Source: Deltaproteobacteria bacterium (lineage in GTDB: Bacteria > Myxococcota_C > UBA6777). Taken from it: a stretch of DNA of 64,000 bases. A program made the translations under genes and the position numbers. Below, one piece after another: positions 1 to 10,226 of the stretch. Each line of letters starts with the position of its first letter. Position 1 is the stretch's first letter. The notes below the pieces were generated by a model, which saw nothing but the letters and a program-made list of their open reading frames with translations, did not search any database and was not told where the DNA came from. The stretch lies in the NCBI GenBank assembly GCA_002731275.1, contig PCBK01000189.1:61888-125887 (forward strand), read 5' to 3'.

Positions 1-48
1 AGCTGGAAGTCAAAAAATGGGTGGGATTTGATGGGGAGCAGATGTCTA

Positions 49-1929
49 TTACGCGGAGGGAACTTCGACGTCACGCTCATCTTGGAAGAGGATATCCATC
101 GCAGACATGTCCTGTGAGCGAATTGTCGCTGCGATGGAGAGGTTTTTGGGCAGGATGTTGTGCACAAAGAATTGCGCAGTACACACCTTACCGTGATAGA
201 ACGCCGCGTCATTGTTGTTTCGAATCAGAGCAGTCTTTTGCTCGGCAGTTTCGGCACCATTGTCAGCAAACAAAGTCTGCAGCTTATCGTGCGCGAGCAC
301 AGCGCCATCGAGCAAGTAGTATGCAGAGCCGACGTTACCAAACATTTCGAGGTAAGGCGTCGCGCTGAGGAGACCGTGGGCGAGCTCACCTTTGGCCATA
401 CCGCCGAGCAGCTCCTTCGTGACAGCGTCAAGAGTATTGAGCGCATCTTCAAAAGATGACACGAGGCTTGCGAGGGGATGGGACTTCCAACCTTCAACTT
501 TACCGTGCACCATCTGGGAGAATTGTTGGTAACGCAGACCTTTCTTGGTTCCCAGTTTACGTGCAAACAGGTCGAGCGCTTGGATACCGTTGGAGCCTTC
601 GTAAATCGAGGCGATTTTGGTGTCGCGCATGTACTGTTCAACGGGATAATCTTGCGTGTATCCGTATCCGCCGTAGACCTGGATCGCGGTCTCGCAGACC
701 CGGAATCCCATGTCACTCGCGTACGCTTTGCAGACAGGGATCAACAATTCGAGCATGTGCAGCGCAAACTCTTTGGCTTCACTGTCCGTCTCGTGATTGG
801 ACTTATCGGCGTAAAGCGCGGTCGCGTAAAGCATTCCACGGATACCTTCCGTGTAAGCCTTCATACTCATCAACATACGACGAACATCCGGATGGAAGAC
901 AATCTCAGAGCGTGGCGCGGCTGGATTTTTGAAACTCGTGTAGTGAGAGCCTTGTTTGCGCTCAAGCGCATATCCAAGCGCGCTCATATAAGACGCCGCA
1001 GCACCTGCGAGTCCTTGGGTTGCGACACCGAGACGAGCTTCGTTCATCATCTGGAACATCTGCATCATCCCATGGTGTTCTTTCCCGACAAGCCAACCTT
1101 TGCACTTGCCTTCGGAGCCAAAGTCCATGACACAAGTGGGTGAGGAGTGGATACCCATCTTGTGCTCAATTCGGTTGCAATACACATCGTTTCTTTCGCC
1201 GAGTGTTCCGTCTGGATTGACTTCGTATTTGGGGACGACAAAGAGGCTAATACCTTTTGTCCCGACAGGACCGCCTGGGATCTTCGCGAGGACGAGGTGG
1301 ACGATGTTGTCAGTGGCGTCTTGATCACCAAAAGTGATGAAGATCTTGGTCCCTGTGAGCAGATAATGATCGCCTTGTGGCTCTGCGATCGTCTTAATGG
1401 ACGCCAGATCACTCCCGGCTTGTGGTTCTGTCAGACACATTGTGCCGCCCCACTCTCCAGAGTACATTTTCTCGCAGTACATCTTTTTCTGCGCTTCGGT
1501 GCCAAAGGCTTCGATCAAGTGGCTCGATCCGTGTGTCAGCAAAGGCAACAAGGCGAAGGAGGTGTTGGCCCCCGTGATCAACTCGTCAAGGACGGTGTTC
1601 ATCGTGAGAGGGAAGCCCTTTCCACCGTACTCAGGATTGTGGCTAAAGCCTGCCCAACCTGACTCACAATAGAGTTTGTAAAGTCGCTTGAAGGCGTCGG
1701 GCATGGTGACCTTTTGTGCTTCAAAGGTCGCGCCGACCTGATCGCACTCTCGGTTGATGGGACCGAGTGCCTCCACACAAAAACGTACGGCTTCATCGAG
1801 CGTCATCTCGTACACTTCTTTGTCAAAATCAGCAAATGCATCGAACTTCAGGTGTTCGTGGATTTTCAGCTGCTCGAACAAAGTGAAAAAGATGTCGCGC
1901 TTGTCAACACTGTATTCAATGGAAGGCAT
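49..1929 (-). CDS. Acyl-CoA dehydrogenase (long type with C-terminal extension)
   Basis: 626 aa; motifs MCLTEPQAGSDL, GTKIFIT, KMGIHSSPT, YGGYGY and IYEGSNGIQ; GGAG SD upstream. Confidence 0.95.
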   Translation of the reverse strand: MPSIEYSVDKRDIFFTLFEQLKIHEHLKFDAFADFDKEVYEMTLDEAVRFCVEALGPINRECDQVGATFEAQKVTMPDAFKRLYKLYCESGWAGFSHNPEYGGKGFPLTMNTVLDELITGANTSFALLPLLTHGSSHLIEAFGTEAQKKMYCEKMYSGEWGGTMCLTEPQAGSDLASIKTIAEPQGDHYLLTGTKIFITFGDQDATDNIVHLVLAKIPGGPVGTKGISLFVVPKYEVNPDGTLGERNDVYCNRIEHKMGIHSSPTCVMDFGSEGKCKGWLVGKEHHGMMQMFQMMNEARLGVATQGLAGAAASYMSALGYALERKQGSHYTSFKNPAAPRSEIVFHPDVRRMLMSMKAYTEGIRGMLYATALYADKSNHETDSEAKEFALHMLELLIPVCKAYASDMGFRVCETAIQVYGGYGYTQDYPVEQYMRDTKIASIYEGSNGIQALDLFARKLGTKKGLRYQQFSQMVHGKVEGWKSHPLASLVSSFEDALNTLDAVTKELLGGMAKGELAHGLLSATPYLEMFGNVGSAYYLLDGAVLAHDKLQTLFADNGAETAEQKTALIRNNNDAAFYHGKVCTAQFFVHNILPKNLSIAATIRSQDMSAMDILFQDERDVEVPSA

Positions 1930-2016
1930 GGACGATCTCCTATCTAATCGGCAGGGGTAGTATATTGTTTCAGGAAGCAGACCCTGAATGGCGCTTCATT
2001 TTGTGAAAACGGCATG

Positions 2017-2046
2017 AGTATAGGAGGCAAGGTGTGCACGCGTCAA
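2017..2046 (-). promoter_or_regulatory. sigma70-type promoter of the acyl-CoA dehydrogenase gene
   Basis: Minus strand reads TTGACG-N18-TATACT, about 90 bp upstream of the ATG. Confidence 0.6.
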
Positions 2047-2233
2047 GCCTACAAATACAAGAGGGTGGTCGTCAAAGGCGAATACTGGACAAGGATAAAA
2101 AGTTGCGTTAAAGTCTTGCCGTTCATGGTGAATACCATAGATATCGAATAGCTGAGAGATTCACGCAGAAGAGAGAAGCGGATAACGTGCCGAAGCAGCA
2201 GACACAATCGTCTGTCTTCTATGGAGAGAATAG

Positions 2234-3559
2234 ATGCAAGGGCAAAGCTCCCAAACACAAGAACAAGTGATTAAGTACCTCCAACAAGGCAAGATGTTGT
2301 TGGAGAAAAATCAGCCCGCAGAAGCACGACAAGTGCTTGAGCAAGCACGTGACCTCGTGCCAAACAATGTCGCAGTGCGAACATTGTTGGCGTTGAGTCA
2401 CTTCAAGTTAAATGAGCTTGAGCGCGCTGAAGAGATCTACTTAACATTGATCGATGAGAATCCGAAGGAAGCGAGTCTTCGTTCTCATTTGGCGATGCAA
2501 TACATCCAGCAGGAGAGATTCCTGGAGGCATGTGGGCTGCTCGAAGAAGCGTTGGAGATCCAACCGGACTACCCGACCGCGTATAGCTCCCTTGGGTTGG
2601 TCTACGCCCGTCTTGGAAGATTTGGCGAGGCCCGCGATGCGTTTGCCAACGCCAACCAGCCTGAGATGGCCGAGCGCATGGAGAAAAAGCTCCAGGAGCA
2701 GGCAGAAAAAGATGCACCTAGCGAGTTGGAGCTTCCAGAAGAAGAGGAAGCAGAAGAGCCAGCGCTGGAAGTCGATGATCACACCCCGCTGTCAGTCAAA
2801 GTGCTTCCTGGTCCAGAGACCACATCACACAGTGATGAGAGCGCTGACGTCCCCTTCTCACTCTCAGTCTCAGCCCCCGACTCAACACCTGGACACGCGA
2901 CGCCTTTTAACAAGTACGCGGACGAAGACGGCGCAGAGCGCTTCTGGCTCCCAACAGGCGATGAATTAGAAGAGCGCGCGACCCCCTTCTTGTTGTTTGA
3001 AGACCAGCGCTTGCTGATCCGTGCAGATCGCCGAGTCTACACACGACTCTCCAACCTTGTCGCGATCTCAGGTTCCCCACAACGACATTGGGAGACCAAG
3101 CGCTTCCAAGGCAACTCCATCGACCAACCATTTGGCCCCAAAGAAAACCCCCTCGCCCGACTCGACGGCGCGTGTGAGTTATTCTTTGAAAAGTCAACCG
3201 ATCGTTTCCGCGCGCTGCTCCCCCTCGAAGAGGGACAAACAGCCTACTTTCGAGAAGGCGCAGTGTTTGCGTTTAGCGAACATCTCTCTTGGGAGAATGG
3301 GCGTGTCCCCTCCCCTCTCGAAGACATCGATGACCTCCCCCTTGACAACCTCTGGGGAGAAGGACAGATTGTGCTGGAATATGACCACAGACTGTGGGGA
3401 CTTGCCGCTCGATCAGGTCGAAAAGTGCGCGTAGAATACAGCAAACTTGTCGGTTGGTTGGGGACACTTGTTCCACGCATTATCACAGAAGACACATACG
3501 GCCCTGAGCGCCCCACGATCGAATTCGAGGGAGAAGGAAGTATTTTCATCGCTGGCTAG
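2234..3559 (+). CDS. TPR-repeat protein with C-terminal AIM24-like domain
   Basis: N-terminal TPR helices (AYSSLGLVYARLGRFGEARDAF), acidic linker, AIM24-like C-terminus (YFREGAVFAF...WENGRV...FEGEGSIFI). Confidence 0.8.
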   Translation: MQGQSSQTQEQVIKYLQQGKMLLEKNQPAEARQVLEQARDLVPNNVAVRTLLALSHFKLNELERAEEIYLTLIDENPKEASLRSHLAMQYIQQERFLEACGLLEEALEIQPDYPTAYSSLGLVYARLGRFGEARDAFANANQPEMAERMEKKLQEQAEKDAPSELELPEEEEAEEPALEVDDHTPLSVKVLPGPETTSHSDESADVPFSLSVSAPDSTPGHATPFNKYADEDGAERFWLPTGDELEERATPFLLFEDQRLLIRADRRVYTRLSNLVAISGSPQRHWETKRFQGNSIDQPFGPKENPLARLDGACELFFEKSTDRFRALLPLEEGQTAYFREGAVFAFSEHLSWENGRVPSPLEDIDDLPLDNLWGEGQIVLEYDHRLWGLAARSGRKVRVEYSKLVGWLGTLVPRIITEDTYGPERPTIEFEGEGSIFIAG

Positions 3560-3597
3560 CTCGCCAGCGAAGCAAAAGCCAACATAAAGGTGCCGCC

Positions 3598-4446
3598 TTG
3601 AGCAAACAAACTCCCCCCAAAAAGACCACCCCCGAAGCACAAGAAGAGACGCAAACACAAGCTGAAAACACCAAAGAAGCGCTCCCAAAGGGCCGCCTTC
3701 TTCAGCGCTTTCAGTTGGGAAAGTGGCGAGAGCGCATGATCTTGCGCAACCAGAAAAAAGCACGCCGCGCTCGACGCAAGCAGCGAAAAAAACTCACGCT
3801 ACGTCCACCAACCAATTTTAAACGCGAGTTGTACGCGATCCCCAACATTCTCTGTTACTTTCGCATCATCCTGATCCCCGTGATCTTGGTCTTGATTGCC
3901 TACGAAAGTCGATGGTACAGCTATCTCGCAGCGATCTTATTCTCCGTCGCTTGTATCACGGACTTTTTCGATGGATATCTCGCACGAAAGCTCGACCAGA
4001 TCACGATCCTCGGTAAACTCCTCGATCCACTCGCGGACAAACTCGCGGTGGCCGCGACTCTGATCATCTTGATCCCTCTAGGGCGTGTCCCCGGCTGGCT
4101 TGTGATCCTACTCTTATCCAGGGAGTTTGCCATCACAGGTCTTCGTGGTATCGCGGCGAGTGAAAAGATGATCATCGCCTCTTCCCCTGTCGCCAAATAC
4201 AAGACGACATTCCAGATGGTCTCGATCTTCTTTCTCTTGTTACATTACCCCTACCAGATTCACTTTTACGGGATCGTCTCTATCGAGATCTCCGCTCACC
4301 ATGTAGGGCTGGCCTTCTTGTACCTGTCGTTGTTCTTCTCGTTAGTCTCTGCTGCGGACTACTTCTGGAAGTTCGCCGTCCAGATCAACCAACGCTACGA
4401 AGATGTCCTCGAAGAGAACGCAGGGATCGACTCAACAGAGTCATAG
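3598..4446 (+). CDS. pgsA: CDP-diacylglycerol--glycerol-3-phosphate 3-phosphatidyltransferase
   Basis: IPNIL and TDFFDGYLARK...GKLLDPLADK CDP-alcohol phosphotransferase motif; TTG start uncertain. Confidence 0.9.
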   Translation: MSKQTPPKKTTPEAQEETQTQAENTKEALPKGRLLQRFQLGKWRERMILRNQKKARRARRKQRKKLTLRPPTNFKRELYAIPNILCYFRIILIPVILVLIAYESRWYSYLAAILFSVACITDFFDGYLARKLDQITILGKLLDPLADKLAVAATLIILIPLGRVPGWLVILLLSREFAITGLRGIAASEKMIIASSPVAKYKTTFQMVSIFFLLLHYPYQIHFYGIVSIEISAHHVGLAFLYLSLFFSLVSAADYFWKFAVQINQRYEDVLEENAGIDSTES

Positions 4447-4929
4447 CAGGCTGTCCACCACCTCATGAAGTGTCCAACACCCCGTCAACGAGAGCGCGAC
4501 CTCCCAACTCTCAGCATCCACCGATAACAACGCAGCGCAAGCCGTATCCAGCCCCACATATTCACCACAAAGTGCGCTCGCAGCTTGAGACCAACCAGGA
4601 TTGTGTCCGACTGCGATCGCACAACCACCTTGTCCAAGACCACAAAGCGCCTCATCGATGTCCTTCAATTGTCCCAAATAGAACTCACTCCGCGTATGCC
4701 AGGCGATCTTTTCTTCCCAAGCCTCTTGCAGCCCTCGTTGCGTGAGCGTCGTCCGTGCAGCGTCACTGTAAAAACCGATCTGCGGCATCCAACCCGCATC
4801 GCGCAGCAATCCAGCGACAGCCGACACCTGACGATGCCCAAGTTGAGAGAGCACTCGCGCGTGATCCCCCATCACATGGTGGGACTCAGCCTGCCCGTGA
4901 CGCATCAAAATTAAGCGGTGTTTCTCCAT
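4441..4929 (-). CDS. sixA: Phosphohistidine phosphatase, SixA family
   Basis: LILMRHGQA, DHARVLS and VGHNPG motifs; 162 aa. Confidence 0.85.
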   Translation of the reverse strand: MEKHRLILMRHGQAESHHVMGDHARVLSQLGHRQVSAVAGLLRDAGWMPQIGFYSDAARTTLTQRGLQEAWEEKIAWHTRSEFYLGQLKDIDEALCGLGQGGCAIAVGHNPGWSQAASALCGEYVGLDTACAALLSVDAESWEVALSLTGCWTLHEVVDSLL

Positions 4930-4981
4930 TACCAGCTCCTATCGACGAAGAAAAAACGAGTCCCCTATGTATACCACCACC

Positions 4982-6304
4982 TCAACGCACATCAAACCGG
5001 TAAGGCTCAGGATGACCATCGAGAGACAAGATAAATTTCTCCTTCTCCGCGACGATACGAATATTTCCAGCGCTCACGACCCCGCGATTTCCAATGCGAC
5101 TGATCCTCGTCTTTGTCGGATCACCACATTTCTCTTTTTGCGCGATCCCCGCAGAGGTCACCAAAATCCACACTTGTGATATCGAAAGATACCGCTGCAG
5201 CACCTCCGCGTGGGGATGACAGTAAGTGTTATCCGTCCCAGAACTGATAAGCACCACCTGTGGCTCAATCGCGCGCATAAAGAGCGAGTTGGAGCTCGTC
5301 TTGCTGCCATGATGATGGGCGCGGTAGACATCCACCTTTGGCAACTCTGCGGATAACTTCGTCTCGACATCAGGTGTCCCATTCCCTCCTCCGGTCAAAT
5401 CCCCCGCAGTCCAAAAACGAAACTTACCGTACTTCACCATGACACCGATGCTCTTGCAATTCGCCTCGTTGCCACAAGAGATGCTCGTCAGACTGCCGTC
5501 CTTCTTTTTAATGACACCATTTGCGACCCGGACTTCGACCTCTACGTCGCCTCCGAGTGAGATGGTTGGAAAGGAGTTCTTATCTTTGCCATCGAGGACT
5601 TGGTGAAGTTTGGGGAAGCGATTGCGCGCAGCCGCATAGCCAGGGTTCTTACTCCACCCACCGTAATCCCAAATCTTTTTGAGCGGGACAACATCGTCTG
5701 CGGTATCGACAATGCCATCCCGTCCCTTGAAAAGCTTCTCGAAACCACCAACGTGATCGGCGTCGTAGTGCGTCGCGATGACATGATCGAGCTTTTGAAT
5801 GCGGAGGAATTGCAGGAGTTCGATGACTTTGGAGACCTCTTCCTCTCGACTCGCGTCGATCAACATCGTCTGCCCTGTGGGGGAGATAATCAAGGTCGCG
5901 TCACCCTGTCCGGCTTCGATCGCGTAGACTGTAAGCGCGTCTGGCAGCACCTCAAACGCGCCCCCAAGCAGTCCGAGTTGTTCACCAGCTTCATTTTTAA
6001 GGATCAGATCGTAGCGACCTGTCGGGGTATTTGCGGGTACGACGGCCTCGACCTCTTTCTCATTCTTCCAGACTGTGTTGGTGAGCGTGACTGTGTGTTC
6101 GAGGTTGGCCAGTACAAATACAGGACGTGAAGGCAGGCGAGCACCAAGCACTGTGATCTTGGTTGCCGAACGCTGGAGTCCCTGGTTAGGTCGTAATGTG
6201 TCAAGGACAGGAGGACGCGTCTCCATACAAGAGGAGAGTCCACACACCAAACCAACAAAAGAGAGCGCAATGATCCATGCAAAAATACGTCGCCGGGTGT
6301 CCAT
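4982..6304 (-). CDS. Lipoprotein: IPT/TIG-like domain plus ComEC/Rec2-type metallo-beta-lactamase-fold hydrolase
   Basis: Lipobox LSSC; GQGDATLI, THYDADHVGG, TAGD, HHHGSKTSS and YCHPH motifs. Confidence 0.8.
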   Translation of the reverse strand: MDTRRRIFAWIIALSFVGLVCGLSSCMETRPPVLDTLRPNQGLQRSATKITVLGARLPSRPVFVLANLEHTVTLTNTVWKNEKEVEAVVPANTPTGRYDLILKNEAGEQLGLLGGAFEVLPDALTVYAIEAGQGDATLIISPTGQTMLIDASREEEVSKVIELLQFLRIQKLDHVIATHYDADHVGGFEKLFKGRDGIVDTADDVVPLKKIWDYGGWSKNPGYAAARNRFPKLHQVLDGKDKNSFPTISLGGDVEVEVRVANGVIKKKDGSLTSISCGNEANCKSIGVMVKYGKFRFWTAGDLTGGGNGTPDVETKLSAELPKVDVYRAHHHGSKTSSNSLFMRAIEPQVVLISSGTDNTYCHPHAEVLQRYLSISQVWILVTSAGIAQKEKCGDPTKTRISRIGNRGVVSAGNIRIVAEKEKFILSLDGHPEPYRFDVR

Positions 6305-6385
6305 ATCAAACAGGCAGCGTGCTCCCTTCGTGTGTTTGACATTCGATGAGAGCGTCTGCCTCCTCCTTTATGTTGTGATCCGCGA

Positions 6386-7753
6386 TCAGGTAATGGGAGT
6401 ACGTGATGGAGAAAGATCCCGCCAGATAGACTCGAATGCTTGAAGCTCAGTGTGTCGTTCTCTTGCGACGGCTTTAAGCAGCTCATAGACACGTGGAAAC
6501 TCTTTCATCACGGAGAAAAAATCTTCGGCCTTGAGCTTCAACAGACTACACGCTTCGAGAGAAACGAAGCTACATGTCGACGGCTTCTTGGTGAGCAACG
6601 CGAGCTCGCCAAAGAACTGACCCGGACCGATCCTCGACAGCAACGTCTGCTCACCATCAGGTCTTGATTTGTAGATCCCGACCTCTCCTCCAGCGATCAG
6701 GTACAACGCATCAGCAGGCTGCTCTTCGGCGAGTAGTGTCTCGTCAAGCTTGGCATCTGTCACGGTGAACCGCTCAGCAAGCTCCCAACGTTTGTGATCG
6801 GGGATCGGAAAGAAGAGCAACGAGGTCATCAACAAGTTTTGGATCAAGCGCTGGTACACAAAACGCTGAAGCTCGTCGTACACATGAGGAGAATGCTCGA
6901 TGATAGATTGCAAATCATCTCGATTGAGTTCGAGCAACTCGCTGTTTTCAGACGCGAGGACCGTCGCGGTCCGGCGGAGCGGCGTGAGCAACGCGATCTC
7001 ACCAAAGAATTGTCCCTCAGCCAGGACCCCGACCTCTTCGTCAAAATCATCGACTCTATGGACGATACGCACGGAGCCTTTGAGGATAATATAGAATGTA
7101 TTTCCGACCTCTCCTTGACGGATGATCTCATCACCCGCCGCAAAACGACGGCGCGACATACGCGTCAGGATCGATGTAATGCTTTGGGCATCGAGTTGGT
7201 TGAAGAGAGGTGGCAACGGGGAATCTTGTTCTGTGCTTGACTCTTTGCCAGAGGAGGATGTCAGGCGTTGTAGCTCAAACGGAGAAGGGGAAAGCATCGT
7301 CGCTTCGCCTGCTTCTTCGTCAAAAGAACCGGACTCTTCGATTTGGCGTTTGAGCTCTTGTACACTTGCGTCTTCTTCGATCGGCGTCTTGGAAAAGGAC
7401 GGCATTGAGGTCAACGTCGAAGGCTCAGTGTTACCGTACTGTTCACTGTACTGCGCCGCAAGCCACTGTGTCATCTCCTCCCCTTTTTCAGAGGAGAGCC
7501 CAGTGAGCTCTTTTGCAGTCGAGATGGCCTTCAGGAACTCGCCTTGCTCGGCATACGCTTTGACAAGCTTAACATACCAGCTTATGGACGCATCAAACTC
7601 GTGTAGTTCCTGATGGAGTCCTGCACGAAACGTGAGCAATGCAGTGTCATCAGGAGACGCTTCTTGGTGTTGCTCACACAACGCCAATGCGTCTTGGAGA
7701 CGCCCCTCCAGGTACATCGTTTCAATTTGTTTGTAAACTTGATCGTCCGCCAT
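6386..7753 (-). CDS. TPR plus tandem cyclic-nucleotide-binding domain protein
   Basis: Two CNB domains (IIRQGEVGNTFYII...FFGEIALL...RTAT; FFGELALL) after N-terminal TPR-like helices. Confidence 0.85.
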   Translation of the reverse strand: MADDQVYKQIETMYLEGRLQDALALCEQHQEASPDDTALLTFRAGLHQELHEFDASISWYVKLVKAYAEQGEFLKAISTAKELTGLSSEKGEEMTQWLAAQYSEQYGNTEPSTLTSMPSFSKTPIEEDASVQELKRQIEESGSFDEEAGEATMLSPSPFELQRLTSSSGKESSTEQDSPLPPLFNQLDAQSITSILTRMSRRRFAAGDEIIRQGEVGNTFYIILKGSVRIVHRVDDFDEEVGVLAEGQFFGEIALLTPLRRTATVLASENSELLELNRDDLQSIIEHSPHVYDELQRFVYQRLIQNLLMTSLLFFPIPDHKRWELAERFTVTDAKLDETLLAEEQPADALYLIAGGEVGIYKSRPDGEQTLLSRIGPGQFFGELALLTKKPSTCSFVSLEACSLLKLKAEDFFSVMKEFPRVYELLKAVARERHTELQAFESIWRDLSPSRTPIT

Positions 7754-8057
7754 CTTGCTTCCCTTATAGTCGGAATATATTGGAAGTAAACAACCTCAAT
7801 CTACGGCGTAAGCCTCAGGGACTTTTTGATTTCGCCAAGATATTTGTTGCAGCATTGTAAAGAGCACCAGTCCGATGAAACTTTTGTACCATTGATACCA
7901 TGTGTGCGGCATAAAACTCAAGTACGAGCCAATGTGGAGAGCGTGGAGAGAAGCGAAACACTCCATATATGGAATGTGTCAGCATCGCGAGCATGTGTGG
8001 GGAGTTGAAGAGAGAGAACGATTGGGATTGTTGGAGAGGAGGAGCTGGAGGCGTTGT

Positions 8058-8432
8058 TTATTGGTTTGTGATGATGACCTTTGCCTGGACACGTGCGTTG
8101 TCCATTGTCGCAAAGATTGTAGTCTCACCAGCCTGGACTCCCTGGAAAGTGAAGTGAACAGTGTCTTCACCTGGGTTGACCTTCACACTTACGCTCTCCT
8201 CTGCAGGGCGGAGGACATCAGTGTTTGCGACGTTGAACGTCATGGTGCCTTCGTTTGTGCGGGGTTGGCTCAAAAACACAGAGACCGCGATGGTGTCGTC
8301 CACCTTAACGCGCAAAAAGTGAGGGGAGATGGTTGTGGGGACGCCATCGTCGAAACGGTTGCTACATCCACCTGCAAACAAACCCAACACCAAAACCAAC
8401 AAACCACAAAATCGAAAAACTCTTGCCGTCAT
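8058..8432 (-). CDS. Small lipoprotein, probable Ig-like beta-sandwich
   Basis: Signal peptide with lipobox AGGC; beta-strand-rich; GAGG SD. Confidence 0.65.
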   Translation of the reverse strand: MTARVFRFCGLLVLVLGLFAGGCSNRFDDGVPTTISPHFLRVKVDDTIAVSVFLSQPRTNEGTMTFNVANTDVLRPAEESVSVKVNPGEDTVHFTFQGVQAGETTIFATMDNARVQAKVIITNQ

Positions 8433-8886
8433 GACTCAAATCCTCATGCTTGATTGACGCGTTGCTATAAAGCAGATAGCAAACGTATGTGAAAAGAGAC
8501 CATTGTCCCTTATGTTTGTTTGAACTGTGACACCATAAGCGACAGCTTGGCAGTGTGTCAAAAGAAAACCTTGAGAAAACCTCGACGTTACAAAGAAACA
8601 AGTCAAAAAAGACCAGCAATCCGGCAGTGAACCGTAGGAAGCTCTGTTTTGAAAACATCCCACACCGGTTGACATATCTACCATGGATGGAGATCATAAC
8701 GTCGTCATCGCTTGCACTCTCACAAACAGGAGATTGCGTATAGTGAAAAACAACCCAAAAGTCAAGGGAGCCAATCTCGAAAAATGCAAAGAGAAACATG
8801 CTATCGAGTTGAGTCCCATATGATTTTCATCCATGCGTATGACCGATTCTGCCCCAAACATGATCATCTCCCATGAAGGAAAACTC

Positions 8887-9474
8887 ATGCAAATCAGAAC
8901 AGTACATATTCTCCTGTGGGCCTTTTGCTGCCTCCTACCGCTCTCTGTCCAAGCGCAATCAGCCGGGAGCAAAGAACAAAAATTATTGTCACTCGACAAC
9001 CAGATCTCCGCGCTCGAAAACAAAGCTTTCGAGCTACGCGAAAAGATCGATATCATCAGTAAAAAGATCTTCAAGGGCCAATTCAAGGTGTTCAAAAAGG
9101 CCCAGGTCGCCCTCATTCACGTGAGTAAACTTGGTGGTGCCTTCAAAGTGAATCAGGTCTCTTACTGGCTCAACAAACAAAAAGTCTTCCAAGCCACCGA
9201 ATCCAAAAGCAACCCACTGCCCACACAAAAGACCATCTACTCCCAAGGTCTCACACCTGGAAAGTACGAACTGCGCGTCAACGCAAAGATCCGAGGACAC
9301 GGATACAACGTCTTTACGTACATGAAAAAGTACAATTTGGAGATGAACAGTAGCCTTAAGTTCGACGCTTACAAAGGCCGACAGACACGCATCTATATCG
9401 AGTTCCAAGACAAGGGCGGAAAAGATCTCCGCAAGCGCGTCAAGCTCGTCTTTCGTAAGTCCTTCAAACGCTGA
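8887..9474 (+). CDS. Exported hypothetical protein (coiled coil plus beta domain), myxobacterial-type family
   Basis: SD GAAGGA before ATG 8887; signal peptide ending VQA; motif RGHGYNVFTYMKKY recalled from Myxococcota hypothetical proteins. Confidence 0.7.
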   Translation: MQIRTVHILLWAFCCLLPLSVQAQSAGSKEQKLLSLDNQISALENKAFELREKIDIISKKIFKGQFKVFKKAQVALIHVSKLGGAFKVNQVSYWLNKQKVFQATESKSNPLPTQKTIYSQGLTPGKYELRVNAKIRGHGYNVFTYMKKYNLEMNSSLKFDAYKGRQTRIYIEFQDKGGKDLRKRVKLVFRKSFKR

Positions 9475-9488
9475 TAGACCACAACCAT

Positions 9489-10214
9489 ATGCTCCACACA
9501 ACACCCCTCACCGTTCGTCTCTTCGCCCTCTTCTTCTCGCTTGTATTGTTGGCAAACTTCCAGGCTTGCCGCACCACAGGAAGCTTTTACAATTGCCCAC
9601 GTGCAGCCTCTTTCTACACCAAACGCTACTGTTTTGAAGAACCCAAAGAGAAAGTCACCAAGATCATCAAGTGGATGCTCAAGCGCTATGAGTACCCCGT
9701 GATCTCTTCGACACAAGGACACTTCAAAACCAAAACCGTCCACATGCCCAGATACAGCTGTGGTTCGACATGGGGATTTGAGATCGGTTTGCACATCAAA
9801 GTCACACATCACAAAGGCAAGATCGACCTCAAGGGTTTGCCCAAGTGGGCCTTCAAAAAGAAAAACCCACCCCCTCCAACGCCTCCAAAGCGTGCGTCTT
9901 TTAAAGACAGTGACGCCTATTTTCAGGCAGTCGAAGCCTACCAGACGTCTTTGCAGTCCCTCGTCTCCGCACAAAATCGTATCGTCCAATTGATGAATCG
10001 CTGGCGGGGTTGCGACATTCGCACCTCAAAAATGCGCACAGTTGTCGAGATCGACGCAAATATACTCGGCTACCCCACCAACACATTCGGTGTGCCCCAA
10101 AAAAACAAACCCGCCAAAAAGATCCGCTCTCGCTATAAACTCGAATACTCGATGTTACGCATCATCGGCTGGAAACTCGGTCGCCTCAAATACATGAGAC
10201 GCATGATCAAATAA
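9489..10214 (+). CDS. Hypothetical basic lipoprotein
   Basis: Lipobox FQAC; 241 aa; 14 bp after the previous gene. Confidence 0.7.
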   Translation: MLHTTPLTVRLFALFFSLVLLANFQACRTTGSFYNCPRAASFYTKRYCFEEPKEKVTKIIKWMLKRYEYPVISSTQGHFKTKTVHMPRYSCGSTWGFEIGLHIKVTHHKGKIDLKGLPKWAFKKKNPPPPTPPKRASFKDSDAYFQAVEAYQTSLQSLVSAQNRIVQLMNRWRGCDIRTSKMRTVVEIDANILGYPTNTFGVPQKNKPAKKIRSRYKLEYSMLRIIGWKLGRLKYMRRMIK

Positions 10215-10226
10215 CCCCCCACTTCC

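Noticed and set aside
8433-8886. Divergent intergenic region with hairpin TTGCTAT...ATAGCAA and short ORFs
   Set aside because: Single weak inverted repeat; the ORFs lack SD sequences and motifs.
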